This document shows, piece by piece, positions 19,710-29,338 of a stretch of 64,000 nucleotides of DNA. Each line of letters starts with the position of its first letter. Position 1 is the first letter of the stretch. The stretch spans positions 8,888-72,887 of the forward strand of contig CAZOGL010000004.1 in the NCBI GenBank assembly GCA_964579575.1, in the 5' to 3' direction. The stretch is from an uncultured Eggerthellaceae bacterium (GTDB lineage Bacteria; Actinomycetota; Coriobacteriia; Coriobacteriales; Eggerthellaceae). The position numbers and the translations under genes were made by a program. The notes under the pieces were generated by a model. The model was not told the DNA's origin and did not search any database. It saw nothing but the letters and a program-made list of their open reading frames with translations.

Positions 19710-20951
19710 ATGGCACAAGACCGCTTACCCTATTTGGAGATACATCCCGACATCGAGGACCAGATACGTCTCGATCGAGTCAATTGTTGGCAAAACCCTT
19801 ATGCGTTCCAAGATTGTGATGTCATCCGGCGCGAGAAGAAGCAACACGACGCCGCCACCGTTGTCCGTCCTGCCTTCGTGCGGGATATCGAGAAGATCCT
19901 CAACACGCCGGCCTATAACCGCTATGCCGACAAGACCCAGGTGTTCAGCTTTACCGAGAATGACGAGATTTGTCGACGTGGGCTCCATGTCCAACTTGTG
20001 AGCAGGGTTGCGCGCACCATAGGCCAAGCCCTCGGTCTCAACACCGACCTTATCGAGGCGATAGCGTTGGGCCATGACGTAGGACACACGCCCTTTGGAC
20101 ATGCGGGGGAGCGCTTCTTGTCCGCGCTGTACCAACAACATACGGCCGCCGAAGGTGCTGTTCGGTATTTCAACCACAATGTCCACTCTGTGCGTGTGCT
20201 TGACCAGCTATATCGTCGAAATATCAGCCTCCAAGTGCTCGACGGGGTCCTTTGCCACAACGGCGAGTTCGCTTGCCAAGTTCTTGAACGTGGGAACTTG
20301 GAATCGTTTAGTGATCTCGACGCCAAGGTGGAGTCGTGCATGGCCGACGAGCGTGTTATCTCTACCTTGCGTCCCTCCACGCTGGAGGGCTGCGTCGTGC
20401 GCGTCTCGGATATGATTGCCTATATTGGAAAGGATCGCTCCGACGCGCTTGCGCTTGGGGCCGTTGCCAACCTTGACCGATTTGACACGAACGTCATCGG
20501 TAGGACGAACTCCGAGATTATCAACAACCTGACCATCGATATCATTAACAATAGCTACCGGCGGGACCGCATCGCCATGAGCCGGGAGGTGTATGAGGAC
20601 CTCAAGGTTGCAAAGCGTCAAAACTACGAGCTCATCTACATGCGTGAGGGAATGCTCGATGAGACGAGCAATGTCGTGGAGGACATGTTTGCAAACCTCT
20701 ATGAGCGCCTTCTTGATGACGTGCTTATGGGGGATGAGTCCTCACCGCTGTTCCGCCACCATGTGAAACGCCTTTGCGAGGGCTCGTACTCACTTACGCC
20801 TGACGAGTATCTCAAGACTGATCCGAACCAGATTGTCGTCGACTACATGGCGAGCATGACCGATGACTATTTTATGGCGGTATATCGTTATCTGTTCCCA
20901 GGCGAAAACCCTGCGTTTACCACGCGCGACTATTGTTCTGATTTGTTGTAG
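19710..20951 (+). CDS. HD-domain dGTP triphosphohydrolase-like protein
   Basis: Motif LGHDVGHTPFGHAGE. The ATG at 19710 follows GAGGAG. Confidence 0.8.
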   Translation: MAQDRLPYLEIHPDIEDQIRLDRVNCWQNPYAFQDCDVIRREKKQHDAATVVRPAFVRDIEKILNTPAYNRYADKTQVFSFTENDEICRRGLHVQLVSRVARTIGQALGLNTDLIEAIALGHDVGHTPFGHAGERFLSALYQQHTAAEGAVRYFNHNVHSVRVLDQLYRRNISLQVLDGVLCHNGEFACQVLERGNLESFSDLDAKVESCMADERVISTLRPSTLEGCVVRVSDMIAYIGKDRSDALALGAVANLDRFDTNVIGRTNSEIINNLTIDIINNSYRRDRIAMSREVYEDLKVAKRQNYELIYMREGMLDETSNVVEDMFANLYERLLDDVLMGDESSPLFRHHVKRLCEGSYSLTPDEYLKTDPNQIVVDYMASMTDDYFMAVYRYLFPGENPAFTTRDYCSDLL

Positions 20952-20962
20952 GAGTTGCCGAC

Positions 20963-21445
20963 ATGATGGAAGTTTCGATTTTCAGCGACGGCAGCTCTCG
21001 TGGCAACCCAGGGCCTGGCGGCTATGGAACCATCCTGCAATGCGTTGATCCCTCTGGCAAGCTCCATGAGAAGGAACTATCCGGTGGCTATCAATACACG
21101 ACGAACAATCGCATGGAGATACTGGGAGCGATTGTGGGGCTTGAGGCCTTGAAGCGTCCATGTCAGGTAACTCTTTACTCTGACTCCCAATATCTCGTCA
21201 ACGCCATCAACAAGGATTGGATCGGTGGCTGGGCGAGAAACGGGTGGAAGAACTCGCAAAAGAAGGAAGTGAAAAACCTCGATTTGTGGAAACGCCTTTT
21301 GGAGGCGATGAGGATGCACGAGGTCACCTTTGTTTGGGTGAAGGGGCACGCAGGACATCCCGAGAATGAACGTTGCGACGCATTGGCGACTGCGGCTGCG
21401 GATGGCCCAGATAAGCTTAAAGACTTTGGGTGTCCGAAGGAGTAG
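20963..21445 (+). CDS. rnhA: Ribonuclease HI
   Basis: 160 aa. DGSSRGNPGPGGYG ... NNRMEL ... DSQY ... GHAGHPENERCDALA. Confidence 0.93.
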   Translation: MMEVSIFSDGSSRGNPGPGGYGTILQCVDPSGKLHEKELSGGYQYTTNNRMEILGAIVGLEALKRPCQVTLYSDSQYLVNAINKDWIGGWARNGWKNSQKKEVKNLDLWKRLLEAMRMHEVTFVWVKGHAGHPENERCDALATAAADGPDKLKDFGCPKE

Positions 21446-21648
21446 TCGTTGATTTAGCTGGGCTTGCTCAACGTCTCTTTTTGGATGGCCTCTATTTAAC
21501 CGCTCGCCCTCGTTTTTGTGCAAACCTTCGCGCTTACCTTGCCTGCTCGCTCGTCTGCCGTCGCGTGCGCATACGTCAATCATGCATGCTCTACCATTGA
21601 GTCATCTTGATTATCCGTAACGCACGCGTCGAGGGGAAATGAGGCACC

Positions 21649-22638
21649 ATGTCTGATTTTTTGGCATCTATGCTCGAGAAGGCAAAGGCTGACAAGAAGA
21701 CCATCGTTTTGCCGGAAGGCAACGACGAGCGAACGCTCAAGGCCGCAGAGAAGATCCTCTCCGAAGATGTTGCCAACCTTATCATTTTAGGTGACGTAGC
21801 GGCAATTGAGGGTTCCGGTTATGACCTTACAGGTGCGCGTATCGTCGATCCGCATACGTCGGAGTTGCGTGAGGGATACGCCGACAAGCTTTTTGAATTG
21901 CGTCAGGCAAAGGGCATGACTCCCGATAAGGCGCTTGCTCTCATGGACGATGAGTTGTATTTCGGAGTCATGATGGTCAAGATGGGGGAGGCCGACGGAA
22001 TGGTTTCAGGCGCCCGCCATTCTACTGGTGACGTCCTTCGACCGAGCCTCCAAATCCTCAAGACCGCTCCCGGATGCAAGCTTGTCAGCAGCTTCTTCAT
22101 CATGGTGGTGCCCGATTGCGAGTATGGTGAGAACGGCATGTTCGTTTTCAGCGATTGCGGCCTCGAGGTCCAACCCAATGCGGAGCGCTTGGCGTATGTC
22201 GCCTTGAACGCCGCGGAGGGTTTCCGCACCATGACCGGTATGGAGCCACGTATCGCCATGTTGTCCCACTCCAGCTACGGTTCGGCGAAAAATGACGACT
22301 CGACAAAGGTTGTTGAGGCGACGCGTATCGCCAAGGAGCTTGCACCCGAACTCTTGCTTGACGGCGAGCTTCAACTCGATGCCGCCATCGTCCCCGAGGT
22401 TGGTGCGTCCAAGGCCCCGACCAGTCCTGTCGCCGGCAAGGCAAACGTGCTCGTGTTTCCGGACATCGACGCTGGCAACATCGGTTATAAGCTTGTCCAA
22501 CGTCTCGCAAAGGCGGAGGCCTACGGTCCGATCACGCAAGGCATCGCCGCGCCGGTCAACGATCTGTCACGTGGTTGCAGCGCCGAGGATATCGTGGGTG
22601 TCGTCGCTATCACGTGCGTGCAGGCCCAACACAAGTAG
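21649..22638 (+). CDS. pta: Phosphate acetyltransferase (short form)
   Basis: 329 aa. End-to-end Pta-like sequence (TIVLPEG.DERTLKAA, NIGYKL.QR). Confidence 0.94.
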   Translation: MSDFLASMLEKAKADKKTIVLPEGNDERTLKAAEKILSEDVANLIILGDVAAIEGSGYDLTGARIVDPHTSELREGYADKLFELRQAKGMTPDKALALMDDELYFGVMMVKMGEADGMVSGARHSTGDVLRPSLQILKTAPGCKLVSSFFIMVVPDCEYGENGMFVFSDCGLEVQPNAERLAYVALNAAEGFRTMTGMEPRIAMLSHSSYGSAKNDDSTKVVEATRIAKELAPELLLDGELQLDAAIVPEVGASKAPTSPVAGKANVLVFPDIDAGNIGYKLVQRLAKAEAYGPITQGIAAPVNDLSRGCSAEDIVGVVAITCVQAQHK

Positions 22639-22671
22639 TTCGCTTGCGGGCAAGCTGGGCGTTCGAGGTTT

Positions 22672-22813
22672 GAGCGTTTAATAAAGTGAGCGTTTAGGAT
22701 TTTTAAGCCCTTTGGCTGGCGCACGTATGGTTGGGCTTGGGCACGTTTGTCTAACTCGCGTTTGGTTAGGCCTGAACACGCTTACCTAACTCACGCGAAA
22801 TGGCTCACGCGAG
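22672..22813. repeat. Degenerate short tandem repeats filling the pta/HAD convergent gap
   Basis: gagcgttta at 22672 and 22688. gcacgtatgg / gcacgtttgt / acacgcttac at 22721, 22741 and 22776. ctaactcgcg / ctaactcacgcg at 22751 and 22786. ctcacgcgaa (22790) and ctcacgcgag (22804), the latter containing the HAD stop codon. Confidence 0.65.
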
Positions 22814-23509
22814 CAGCTCTGTGAAATCAGCGATGCAAAGATCGACCTCTTTTTGAATGACCTCGGTGTTTTGTGCCTCGTTTGACTCATCAATGACGGC
22901 TACCGCGAAGGCCCCGGCACGTTTGATGCTGCGAACAGCGGGGAGGATGTCCTCGAATATGACGCACTCCTCAACGGGGACGCCGATTGCCTCGGCGGCC
23001 AGCTCGTAAATGAGGGTCTCGCTTTTGTGGGTGTTGTAATCATCACAAAGACGGAACGCGTCTATAAGGTCGAAAGCATCGTTGCGCTCCAGGGCTGGTT
23101 GCAAAAGATCCATTACGAGTGAGGATGCAATGGCAACAGGTATTCCTGAACCTTTGAGCTCCTTAAGAAATGCGCGGGCTCCCGGCCTGAGGAGCACCCT
23201 TGTGCAATAGCTTTTCTTGGCGATACGGTTAAATTCGTTACAACATTGATCCACCGACATTTTCAAACCGAGTTCCTCGATGAAGTATTTTGCGGTTCCC
23301 TCAAAACCGAGGCCGACGATGCTGTCGGTATAGTCGTCGGGCAGGGCAAGGTGGTATTCCTCGCAAAACCTCCGATCGATGTCGTTCCATACCCACATGG
23401 AGTCGGCAAGCGTACCGTCAAAATCGAATATCGCACCGGCAAATTCGGTGCGGGCCGCACCAAGGCGGGCAAATGCGGGAATCTCAGGCATAACGACCTT
23501 CTTTTGCAT
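22805..23509 (-). CDS. HAD-IA family hydrolase
   Basis: Only the C-terminal 234 codons of the 469-aa track ORF look real. HAD motif I AIFDFDGTLADS. The upstream part is antisense to queD. The ATG at 23491 is an alternative start. Confidence 0.8.
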   Translation of the reverse strand: MQKKVVMPEIPAFARLGAARTEFAGAIFDFDGTLADSMWVWNDIDRRFCEEYHLALPDDYTDSIVGLGFEGTAKYFIEELGLKMSVDQCCNEFNRIAKKSYCTRVLLRPGARAFLKELKGSGIPVAIASSLVMDLLQPALERNDAFDLIDAFRLCDDYNTHKSETLIYELAAEAIGVPVEECVIFEDILPAVRSIKRAGAFAVAVIDESNEAQNTEVIQKEVDLCIADFTELLA

Positions 23510-23653
23510 ATTCTGTTTGTTTGCACATGGGCGACAGTTTAGCCGAAGTTGCCGCTTTGGGGTGGCGCGAGCCCAGATATTGGGTGCGAGACGGGTCGAG
23601 CTTAAGCTATGAAAAGGGTATACTTTGCCGAGATAACAACGAGAGGACGACCC

Positions 23654-24073
23654 ATGTATGGATTGAAAACCGAGAGCAGCTTCGACGCCGCCCATTTCCT
23701 TACCGACTACCACGGAAAGTGCGAGAACCTTCACGGTCACCGTTGGCGTGTCGTTGCATATCTGCGCGCCGACGACCTTCAAAAGGAAGGCACGATGAAG
23801 GACATGGTCGTGGACTTCGGCGAGTTTAAGAAGGCGCTGCGTACATTGACCGAGGAGCTTGACCACTCCTTCATCGTCGAGGAGGGTTCCCTTATGCCTG
23901 AAACGATTGCGCAATTGGAGGCCGAGGGTTTCGAGCTCTCGATGCTTCCGTTCCGCACGACGGCTGAGAACCTTGCCCGCTATTTCGCACAACGTCTTGA
24001 CGAACAAGGTTTGCCGGTATGCCAAATCGAGGTGTACGAGACCCCCAACAACTGTGCAATCTATTACGTCTAA
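23654..24073 (+). CDS. queD: 6-carboxy-5,6,7,8-tetrahydropterin synthase
   Basis: 139 aa from the ATG at 23654 after GAGAGGA. Motif CENLHGHRW. Confidence 0.9.
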   Translation: MYGLKTESSFDAAHFLTDYHGKCENLHGHRWRVVAYLRADDLQKEGTMKDMVVDFGEFKKALRTLTEELDHSFIVEEGSLMPETIAQLEAEGFELSMLPFRTTAENLARYFAQRLDEQGLPVCQIEVYETPNNCAIYYV

Positions 24074-24083
24074 GGACACAAGC

Positions 24084-24836
24084 ATGGCAAAGACCGTAAA
24101 AACCAATCGCACTGAGAAGCTTCCTGTAGCCGAACGCTTTGTCAGCATAAACGGCGAGGGTCCCTTTGCGGGAAAGCCTGCTGCCTTTATTCGCTTCGTG
24201 GGGTGTAACCTCACATGCTCCTATTGCGACACCCGTTGGGCATGTGACTTGAAATGTCCCTGTGAGTGGCTTGACGCATGGGCGCTTGCCCAATGGGTTG
24301 CTGAGACCGGAGCCCACCACGTGACGCTTACAGGCGGTGAGCCCCTGCTCCATCCAATCTTAGGCGAGTTGCTCCGTCGCCTTGTCAACGGCAAAGGTCC
24401 GCACGATCTTCCTTATGAGCTTCCTAAGGACTTGGTGGTCGAGATTGAGACGAATGGTTCGGTATCCCTCAATCGGATTGAGGCCCTTTTAAACTTCCTG
24501 CCGAAATCCCAGTCTGAGCGCATCGTCTTTACCGTCGACTATAAGCTTCCAGGTAGCGGGATGGAGTCGAAAATGGACCGGGGCGTCTTTGCCTCGCTTG
24601 GCATGCGAGATGCAGTCAAGTTCGTCGTTTCTGACCGCAAAGATCTTGATCGTATGAGGAGCGTTGCGGCACAGCTTGATCTTTGGAATCGTACCCAGGT
24701 CTTTGTGAGCCCTGTGTTCGGGGCAATCGAGCCTGCAGAGATTGCCCAATATCTCATCGACAACAAACTCTTTGGTGCCCGTCTCCAACTTCAATTGCAC
24801 AAGATCATATGGCCTGGTGTGGAGAAGGGGGTCTGA
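24084..24836 (+). CDS. queE: 7-carboxy-7-deazaguanine synthase (radical SAM)
   Basis: MAKTVK... start at 24084. CNLTCSYC (CX3CX2C) cluster motif. Confidence 0.88.
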   Translation: MAKTVKTNRTEKLPVAERFVSINGEGPFAGKPAAFIRFVGCNLTCSYCDTRWACDLKCPCEWLDAWALAQWVAETGAHHVTLTGGEPLLHPILGELLRRLVNGKGPHDLPYELPKDLVVEIETNGSVSLNRIEALLNFLPKSQSERIVFTVDYKLPGSGMESKMDRGVFASLGMRDAVKFVVSDRKDLDRMRSVAAQLDLWNRTQVFVSPVFGAIEPAEIAQYLIDNKLFGARLQLQLHKIIWPGVEKGV

Positions 24837-24837
24837 C

Positions 24838-25533
24838 ATGGGTGAAGTACATGAGCGCGCGTTGGTGCTCGCAAGCGGTGGCGCGGACAGCACGACCTTG
24901 CTCGCCTTGGCGGTCGAGCGCTACGGAAGGGAAAACGTCATCGCGTTGTCGATCTCGTATGGCCAAAAACATGTTCGAGAGATCGAATCTGCGAAGGCGG
25001 TCGCAGCCCACTATGGCGTGCCGATTCGGTTTCTTGACCTCGGCGTTGTCTTTGCGGGGAGCGATTGCAGTCTTTTGTCCGGCTCTTCCCAAGATATTCC
25101 CCATGAGAGCTATGAGGACCAGTTGGATCGCTCGCAAGGCTCTCCTGTTTCGACCTACGTTCCTTTCCGCAACGGCTTATTTCTGTCGGCAGCAGCAAGC
25201 GTGGCCTTGTCACAGGGGTGTAGCGTCATCATGTATGGCGCACACCACGACGATGCCGCCGGCAATGCCTATCCGGATTGCTCCCAGGAGTTCGTTGAGG
25301 CCATGGCTGCGGCCATCTCGCAGGGAACGGGAGGGGAGTTGAGATTGGAAGCTCCTTTTGTGAGTTGGACAAAGGCTGATATCGTAAGGCGCGGTCTTCA
25401 AATCGGGGTCCCCTATGAGTTGACGTGGAGTTGCTATGAGGGGGGAGACAAGCCTTGCGGCGTTTGCGGCACCTGCATCGATCGCGCGCGTGCGTTTGAA
25501 CTCAACGGGGCGGTCGACCCGCTTTTGTCATAG
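24838..25533 (+). CDS. queC: 7-cyano-7-deazaguanine synthase
   Basis: Start at 24838, 1 nt after the queE stop. PP-loop LASGGADSTT. C-terminal CGVCGTC zinc motif. Confidence 0.92.
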   Translation: MGEVHERALVLASGGADSTTLLALAVERYGRENVIALSISYGQKHVREIESAKAVAAHYGVPIRFLDLGVVFAGSDCSLLSGSSQDIPHESYEDQLDRSQGSPVSTYVPFRNGLFLSAAASVALSQGCSVIMYGAHHDDAAGNAYPDCSQEFVEAMAAAISQGTGGELRLEAPFVSWTKADIVRRGLQIGVPYELTWSCYEGGDKPCGVCGTCIDRARAFELNGAVDPLLS

Positions 25534-25583
25534 ATTATGTCGCAAAACTAGGACCCCCGATTCTCCCGTAACCTGATACTTCT

Positions 25584-25612
25584 TTGTAGGCATTCGTTTT
25601 GTGCGATAAAAT
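25584..25612 (+). promoter_or_regulatory. Candidate promoter for queF
   Basis: TTGTAG, a 17-nt spacer, then TAAAAT, about 30 nt upstream of the queF ATG. Confidence 0.3.
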
Positions 25613-25642
25613 GCTTGTTTTGAATAGAGAGAAGGAGTTGTT

Positions 25643-26134
25643 ATGGGTGATACACGACAAAAAGAGGGGCTTGAGCTTCTGGGATCAAAGACGACGATCT
25701 ATCCAAGTGATTATGACCCCGGCGTCCTTGAGACGTTTGTGAACAAACACCCTGACCACGATTACTTCGTGAAGTTCAATTGCCCCGAGTTCACGAGTTT
25801 GTGCCCTATCACTGGCCAGCCGGATTTCGCGACGATTTACATCTCGTACGTCCCCGATATCCGCATGGTCGAGAGCAAAAGCCTCAAGCTGTACCTGTTC
25901 AGCTTCCGTAACCACGGAGATTTCCATGAGGATTGCGTCAACAAGATCATGTACGACCTCATCGACGCCATGGATCCCAAGTACATCGAGGTTTGGGGCA
26001 AGTTCACACCTCGAGGCGGTATCAGCATCGATCCCTATTGCAACTACGGTCGACCTGGCACGAAATGGGAAGAGGTGGCATGGGCCCGTTTGAGCTCCCA
26101 TGACCTGTATCCCGAGAAGATCGACAACAGGTAA
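25643..26134 (+). CDS. queF: NADPH-dependent 7-cyano-7-deazaguanine reductase (unimodular type)
   Basis: 163 aa. [16 protein letters not shown] active-site region. Confidence 0.93.
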   Translation: MGDTRQKEGLELLGSKTTIYPSDYDPGVLETFVNKHPDHDYFVKFNCPEFTSLCPITGQPDFATIYISYVPDIRMVESKSLKLYLFSFRNHGDFHEDCVNKIMYDLIDAMDPKYIEVWGKFTPRGGISIDPYCNYGRPGTKWEEVAWARLSSHDLYPEKIDNR

Positions 26135-26140
26135 GCGAAT

Positions 26141-26593
26141 ATGGCTACCTCAGACCTTGAGGCGCGTATCGATCGTGCCTACCAACTCCATCATTCGCAC
26201 TACAGTTGTGCCCAAGCGGTAGCTTGCGCGATGTGCGATCTTGTCGATCTTGACTATGAGGTCGCTTTTGACACCCTCGACGGTTTCGGCGGAGGCATGG
26301 GCGGCTACGACCAGACCTGCGGCGCCGTGTCGGGCGGCGTGATGATCTTAGGCTTTGGGCGCAGCGACGGTTCGGCTGCCTGCACGTCGAAGCGCGAATC
26401 ATATCGAATTTGCCACGAGCTTTGTGCGCGGATCATGGAGCATTACGAGTTTGACACGGTTTCTTGCGCGGAGATGCGACCCCATGACCAACCGCCCGAG
26501 GTCGTGTTTGCGACATGTGACGGCTATATCGCTCGTGTCATCGAGGTTACCTACCAACTCCTTGAGGAGAACGGGTTGCTTGCGAGTAAGTGA
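26141..26593 (+). CDS. C_GCAxxG_C_C family protein
   Basis: 150 aa. YSCAQAV and CGAVSGG motifs define the family. Starts 6 nt after the queF stop. Confidence 0.8.
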   Translation: MATSDLEARIDRAYQLHHSHYSCAQAVACAMCDLVDLDYEVAFDTLDGFGGGMGGYDQTCGAVSGGVMILGFGRSDGSAACTSKRESYRICHELCARIMEHYEFDTVSCAEMRPHDQPPEVVFATCDGYIARVIEVTYQLLEENGLLASK

Positions 26594-26630
26594 GCATTGG
26601 CGCCCTGTTGAATGTCGAAAGGAGTATCGG

Positions 26631-27461
26631 ATGAACGAACGAGAACTGCGTGTACGTCTTATCGCCCTCATAACCTACCTGATGAACGAACGGCCCGACA
26701 CCATGGACAACGAGCAGGTGTCCCTTGAGACGCTTGGCGAGATGGTGATCCCATCGCTTTGGACGATGTTTCGTTCCTTGGTGAACCTGCGTGAGCCGAA
26801 AGCGGGACATCCGCGTTTCTATGAGACCCAAGACGAGGTCTTGAGCTATTTCATAAACAAGGACCACATTGCGACTATCGAGGATGCGACGCTTTCGCCT
26901 GACAACGATCGTATTGGCCTTTGGCGTGGGGATATCACCCGTTTGAAGGTCGATGCCATCGTTAACGCCGCGTCCAAGGAGCTCCAAGGTTGTTGGGTTC
27001 CGGGGCACAATTGCATAGACAATGCTATCCACACCTTTGCTGGTGTCCAACTCCGCGAGGAATGCGCGCACATCATTGAGGCGCAGGGCCACGAGGAGCC
27101 CGTTGGCAAAGCTCGGACTACGTCTGCCTATAACCTGCCTTGCACCCATATCATTCACACGGTTGGACCTATCGCGAACGGCAAGCCCACAGACCGCGAC
27201 CGCACAGATCTTGCGTCGTGCTATTCGAGTTGCCTTGAGGCTGCCCGAAGCGTTCACGCCAAGACGCTTGCCTTTTGCCCTATCAGCACGGGGGTGTTCG
27301 GATTTTCCCAAGAAGAGGCTGCTGACATCGCATATCGGACAGTTGCAGATTGGCTAGGTGCCCATCCCACCACGGATATCACCGTCATCTTCAACACCTT
27401 TGATGCCGATTGCGACACCGCATACCGTTTGGTATTGAACCTTCCGGAAGGCGAGGAGTAG
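26631..27461 (+). CDS. Macro-domain protein (protein-ADP-ribose hydrolase-like, with N-terminal helical extension)
   Basis: ATG at 26631 after AAAGGAG. Macro-domain signatures DAIVNAA and ISTGVFGF. Confidence 0.8.
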   Translation: MNERELRVRLIALITYLMNERPDTMDNEQVSLETLGEMVIPSLWTMFRSLVNLREPKAGHPRFYETQDEVLSYFINKDHIATIEDATLSPDNDRIGLWRGDITRLKVDAIVNAASKELQGCWVPGHNCIDNAIHTFAGVQLREECAHIIEAQGHEEPVGKARTTSAYNLPCTHIIHTVGPIANGKPTDRDRTDLASCYSSCLEAARSVHAKTLAFCPISTGVFGFSQEEAADIAYRTVADWLGAHPTTDITVIFNTFDADCDTAYRLVLNLPEGEE

Positions 27462-27463
27462 GG

Positions 27464-29338
27464 ATGCCTGCAGACGGGACAGGGCAAAGGGGAACCATGC
27501 CGGGGATGGGGTATCGCAACGAGGCTAAACCCCAAGAGATCCCCGACGTGCCTTTTAAGACGGTTGCAAGGAAATTTATCGAGTACTACAAGCCCTTCAC
27601 GTTGCTGTTCTTGGCTGACCTAGTCGCTGCTACCATCCTCGCCGTGGTGGACCTTGCCTTCCCCCAGATACTCAATTTCTTCGTGCGCGACTTCTTTGTG
27701 AACGCGACTGATGCAATCTTGGATGTCTTGCCTTGGGTGGCTGTCGCCATGATTGTTCTCTACCTCGTGCGTAGCGGGTGTCAATGGTTCGTCGCCTGTT
27801 GGGGCCATATCATGGGAGCCCGCATGGAGGCGCGTATGCGTATGGACCTCTTCAAGCAATATCAGAGGCTGTCGTTTAGCTACTACGATCGCAACAACAC
27901 CGGCGAGATGATGTCCAAGCTTGTGACCGACCTCTTCGACATCTCGGAGGTTGCCCACCATGGCCCCGAGAACCTGTTCATAGCGTTTTTTAAGATCATA
28001 GGATCGTTTGTCCTTCTCATGATGGTGAACGTCCCGCTGACTCTTGTCATGTTGGTCGTCACAGCCGTCATGATGGTGTATTCCTGCGTCGCAAACTATC
28101 GCAAGCGCACCATCTTCAGGCAAAACCGCATACGTATGGCAGGTATGAACGCCCGCCTCCAAGATTCCCTCGGAGGAATCCGCATCGTCAAGAGCTTTGG
28201 AAACGAGGACATCGAGATTGACCGCTTCGGCGACACGAACGAGCAGTTCATCGAGACAAAGGAGCGCTCCTATCGCTTTATGGGGCAATTCCAATTGGCG
28301 AGCAGCCTGTTCCGCGGTGCGCTTTACACGACGACGGTCGTAGGGGGTGGGTATTTCGTCGCGACCGGCGGAATGGCCCCTGCGGACCTCATTCTCTACG
28401 CGCTCTACATCGGTATCTTTATCGCCCCTCTCGAAATGCTCATCAACTTCACCGAGACGTTCCAAAAGGGATATGCGGGCTTTCGTCGCTTCGTTGAGAC
28501 CCTCGCGGAGGAGCCGGGAGTTGAAAATGCCCAAGACGCTGTCGATCTCATCTCCGTAATCGATAGGAACGACGAGGGTCCTGGCAATGAGCAAGACGAC
28601 AACGTGGTTGCCCCAGGAGTTGAGTTGCGTGACGTTCACTTTGCCTATGCGGACGGACCGGAAGTGCTCCACGGCATAGACCTTGACATTCCGGCGGGCA
28701 AGACGGTTGCCTTGGTCGGGCCAAGTGGCGGCGGCAAGACCACGACATGCAGCTTGTTGCCCCGCTTCTACGATGTGACCTGCGGCAGTGTCTCCATTGC
28801 GGGTATTGACGTGCGCCATGTCACGCTTGAAAGCCTACGCTGTGTCGTGGGTATCGTTCAACAGGATGTGTATTTGTTCGAGGGGACTATCCGCGACAAC
28901 ATTTTGTATGGGCAGCCAAACGCCACCGAAGAGGAGATGGTCTGGGCGGCAAAACAGGCAAATATCCACGACTTCGTGATGAGTCTTGATGCGGGATATG
29001 ACACCTTCGTAGGAGAGCGCGGAGCACGCCTCTCTGGCGGACAGAAGCAACGCGTTGCAATCGCGCGCGTCTTCCTCCGCAACCCGCGCGTGCTCATCCT
29101 CGACGAGGCGACCTCGGCCCTTGATAACGAGAGTGAGGGTCACGTGCAGGAGGCGCTTGATGCTCTTGCCGTCGGACGAACGACGTTGGTCATTGCCCAT
29201 CGTCTCAGCACTATCAGAAACGCTGACTATATCGCCGTCATCGACGAGGGTCGCGTCGTGGAGCGTGGGACCCACGAAGAACTCATGGCGCTCGGTGGCA
29301 TCTACGAGCGTTACTACTCGATGCAGTTCCGGTCCTAA
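27464..29338 (+). CDS. ABC transporter, fused permease/ATP-binding protein (exporter type)
   Basis: ATG at 27464 after GAGGAG. Six-helix transmembrane domain, then Walker A GPSGGGKTT, signature LSGGQKQR and Walker B ILILDEATS. Confidence 0.92.
   Translation: MPADGTGQRGTMPGMGYRNEAKPQEIPDVPFKTVARKFIEYYKPFTLLFLADLVAATILAVVDLAFPQILNFFVRDFFVNATDAILDVLPWVAVAMIVLYLVRSGCQWFVACWGHIMGARMEARMRMDLFKQYQRLSFSYYDRNNTGEMMSKLVTDLFDISEVAHHGPENLFIAFFKIIGSFVLLMMVNVPLTLVMLVVTAVMMVYSCVANYRKRTIFRQNRIRMAGMNARLQDSLGGIRIVKSFGNEDIEIDRFGDTNEQFIETKERSYRFMGQFQLASSLFRGALYTTTVVGGGYFVATGGMAPADLILYALYIGIFIAPLEMLINFTETFQKGYAGFRRFVETLAEEPGVENAQDAVDLISVIDRNDEGPGNEQDDNVVAPGVELRDVHFAYADGPEVLHGIDLDIPAGKTVALVGPSGGGKTTTCSLLPRFYDVTCGSVSIAGIDVRHVTLESLRCVVGIVQQDVYLFEGTIRDNILYGQPNATEEEMVWAAKQANIHDFVMSLDAGYDTFVGERGARLSGGQKQRVAIARVFLRNPRVLILDEATSALDNESEGHVQEALDALAVGRTTLVIAHRLSTIRNADYIAVIDEGRVVERGTHEELMALGGIYERYYSMQFRS

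Noticed and set aside
23510-23653. Possible preQ1 riboswitch upstream of queD (tail GAUAACAACGAGAGGA resembles the A-rich tail plus SD of preQ1-I). The same idea was considered for 25534-25642 upstream of queF (CAAAACUAGGA).
   Set aside because: I could not find the obligatory 5-bp P1 hairpin immediately 5' of either A-rich tail. A TATACT -10 at 23619-23624 would leave a leader of only about 23 nt. A cmsearch would be needed to overturn this.
23510-24214. N-terminal 235 codons of the 469-aa - strand ORF 22805-24214.
   Set aside because: This part is antisense to queD and the start of queE. HAD homology, including motif I DFDGT, begins only after the ATG at 23509.
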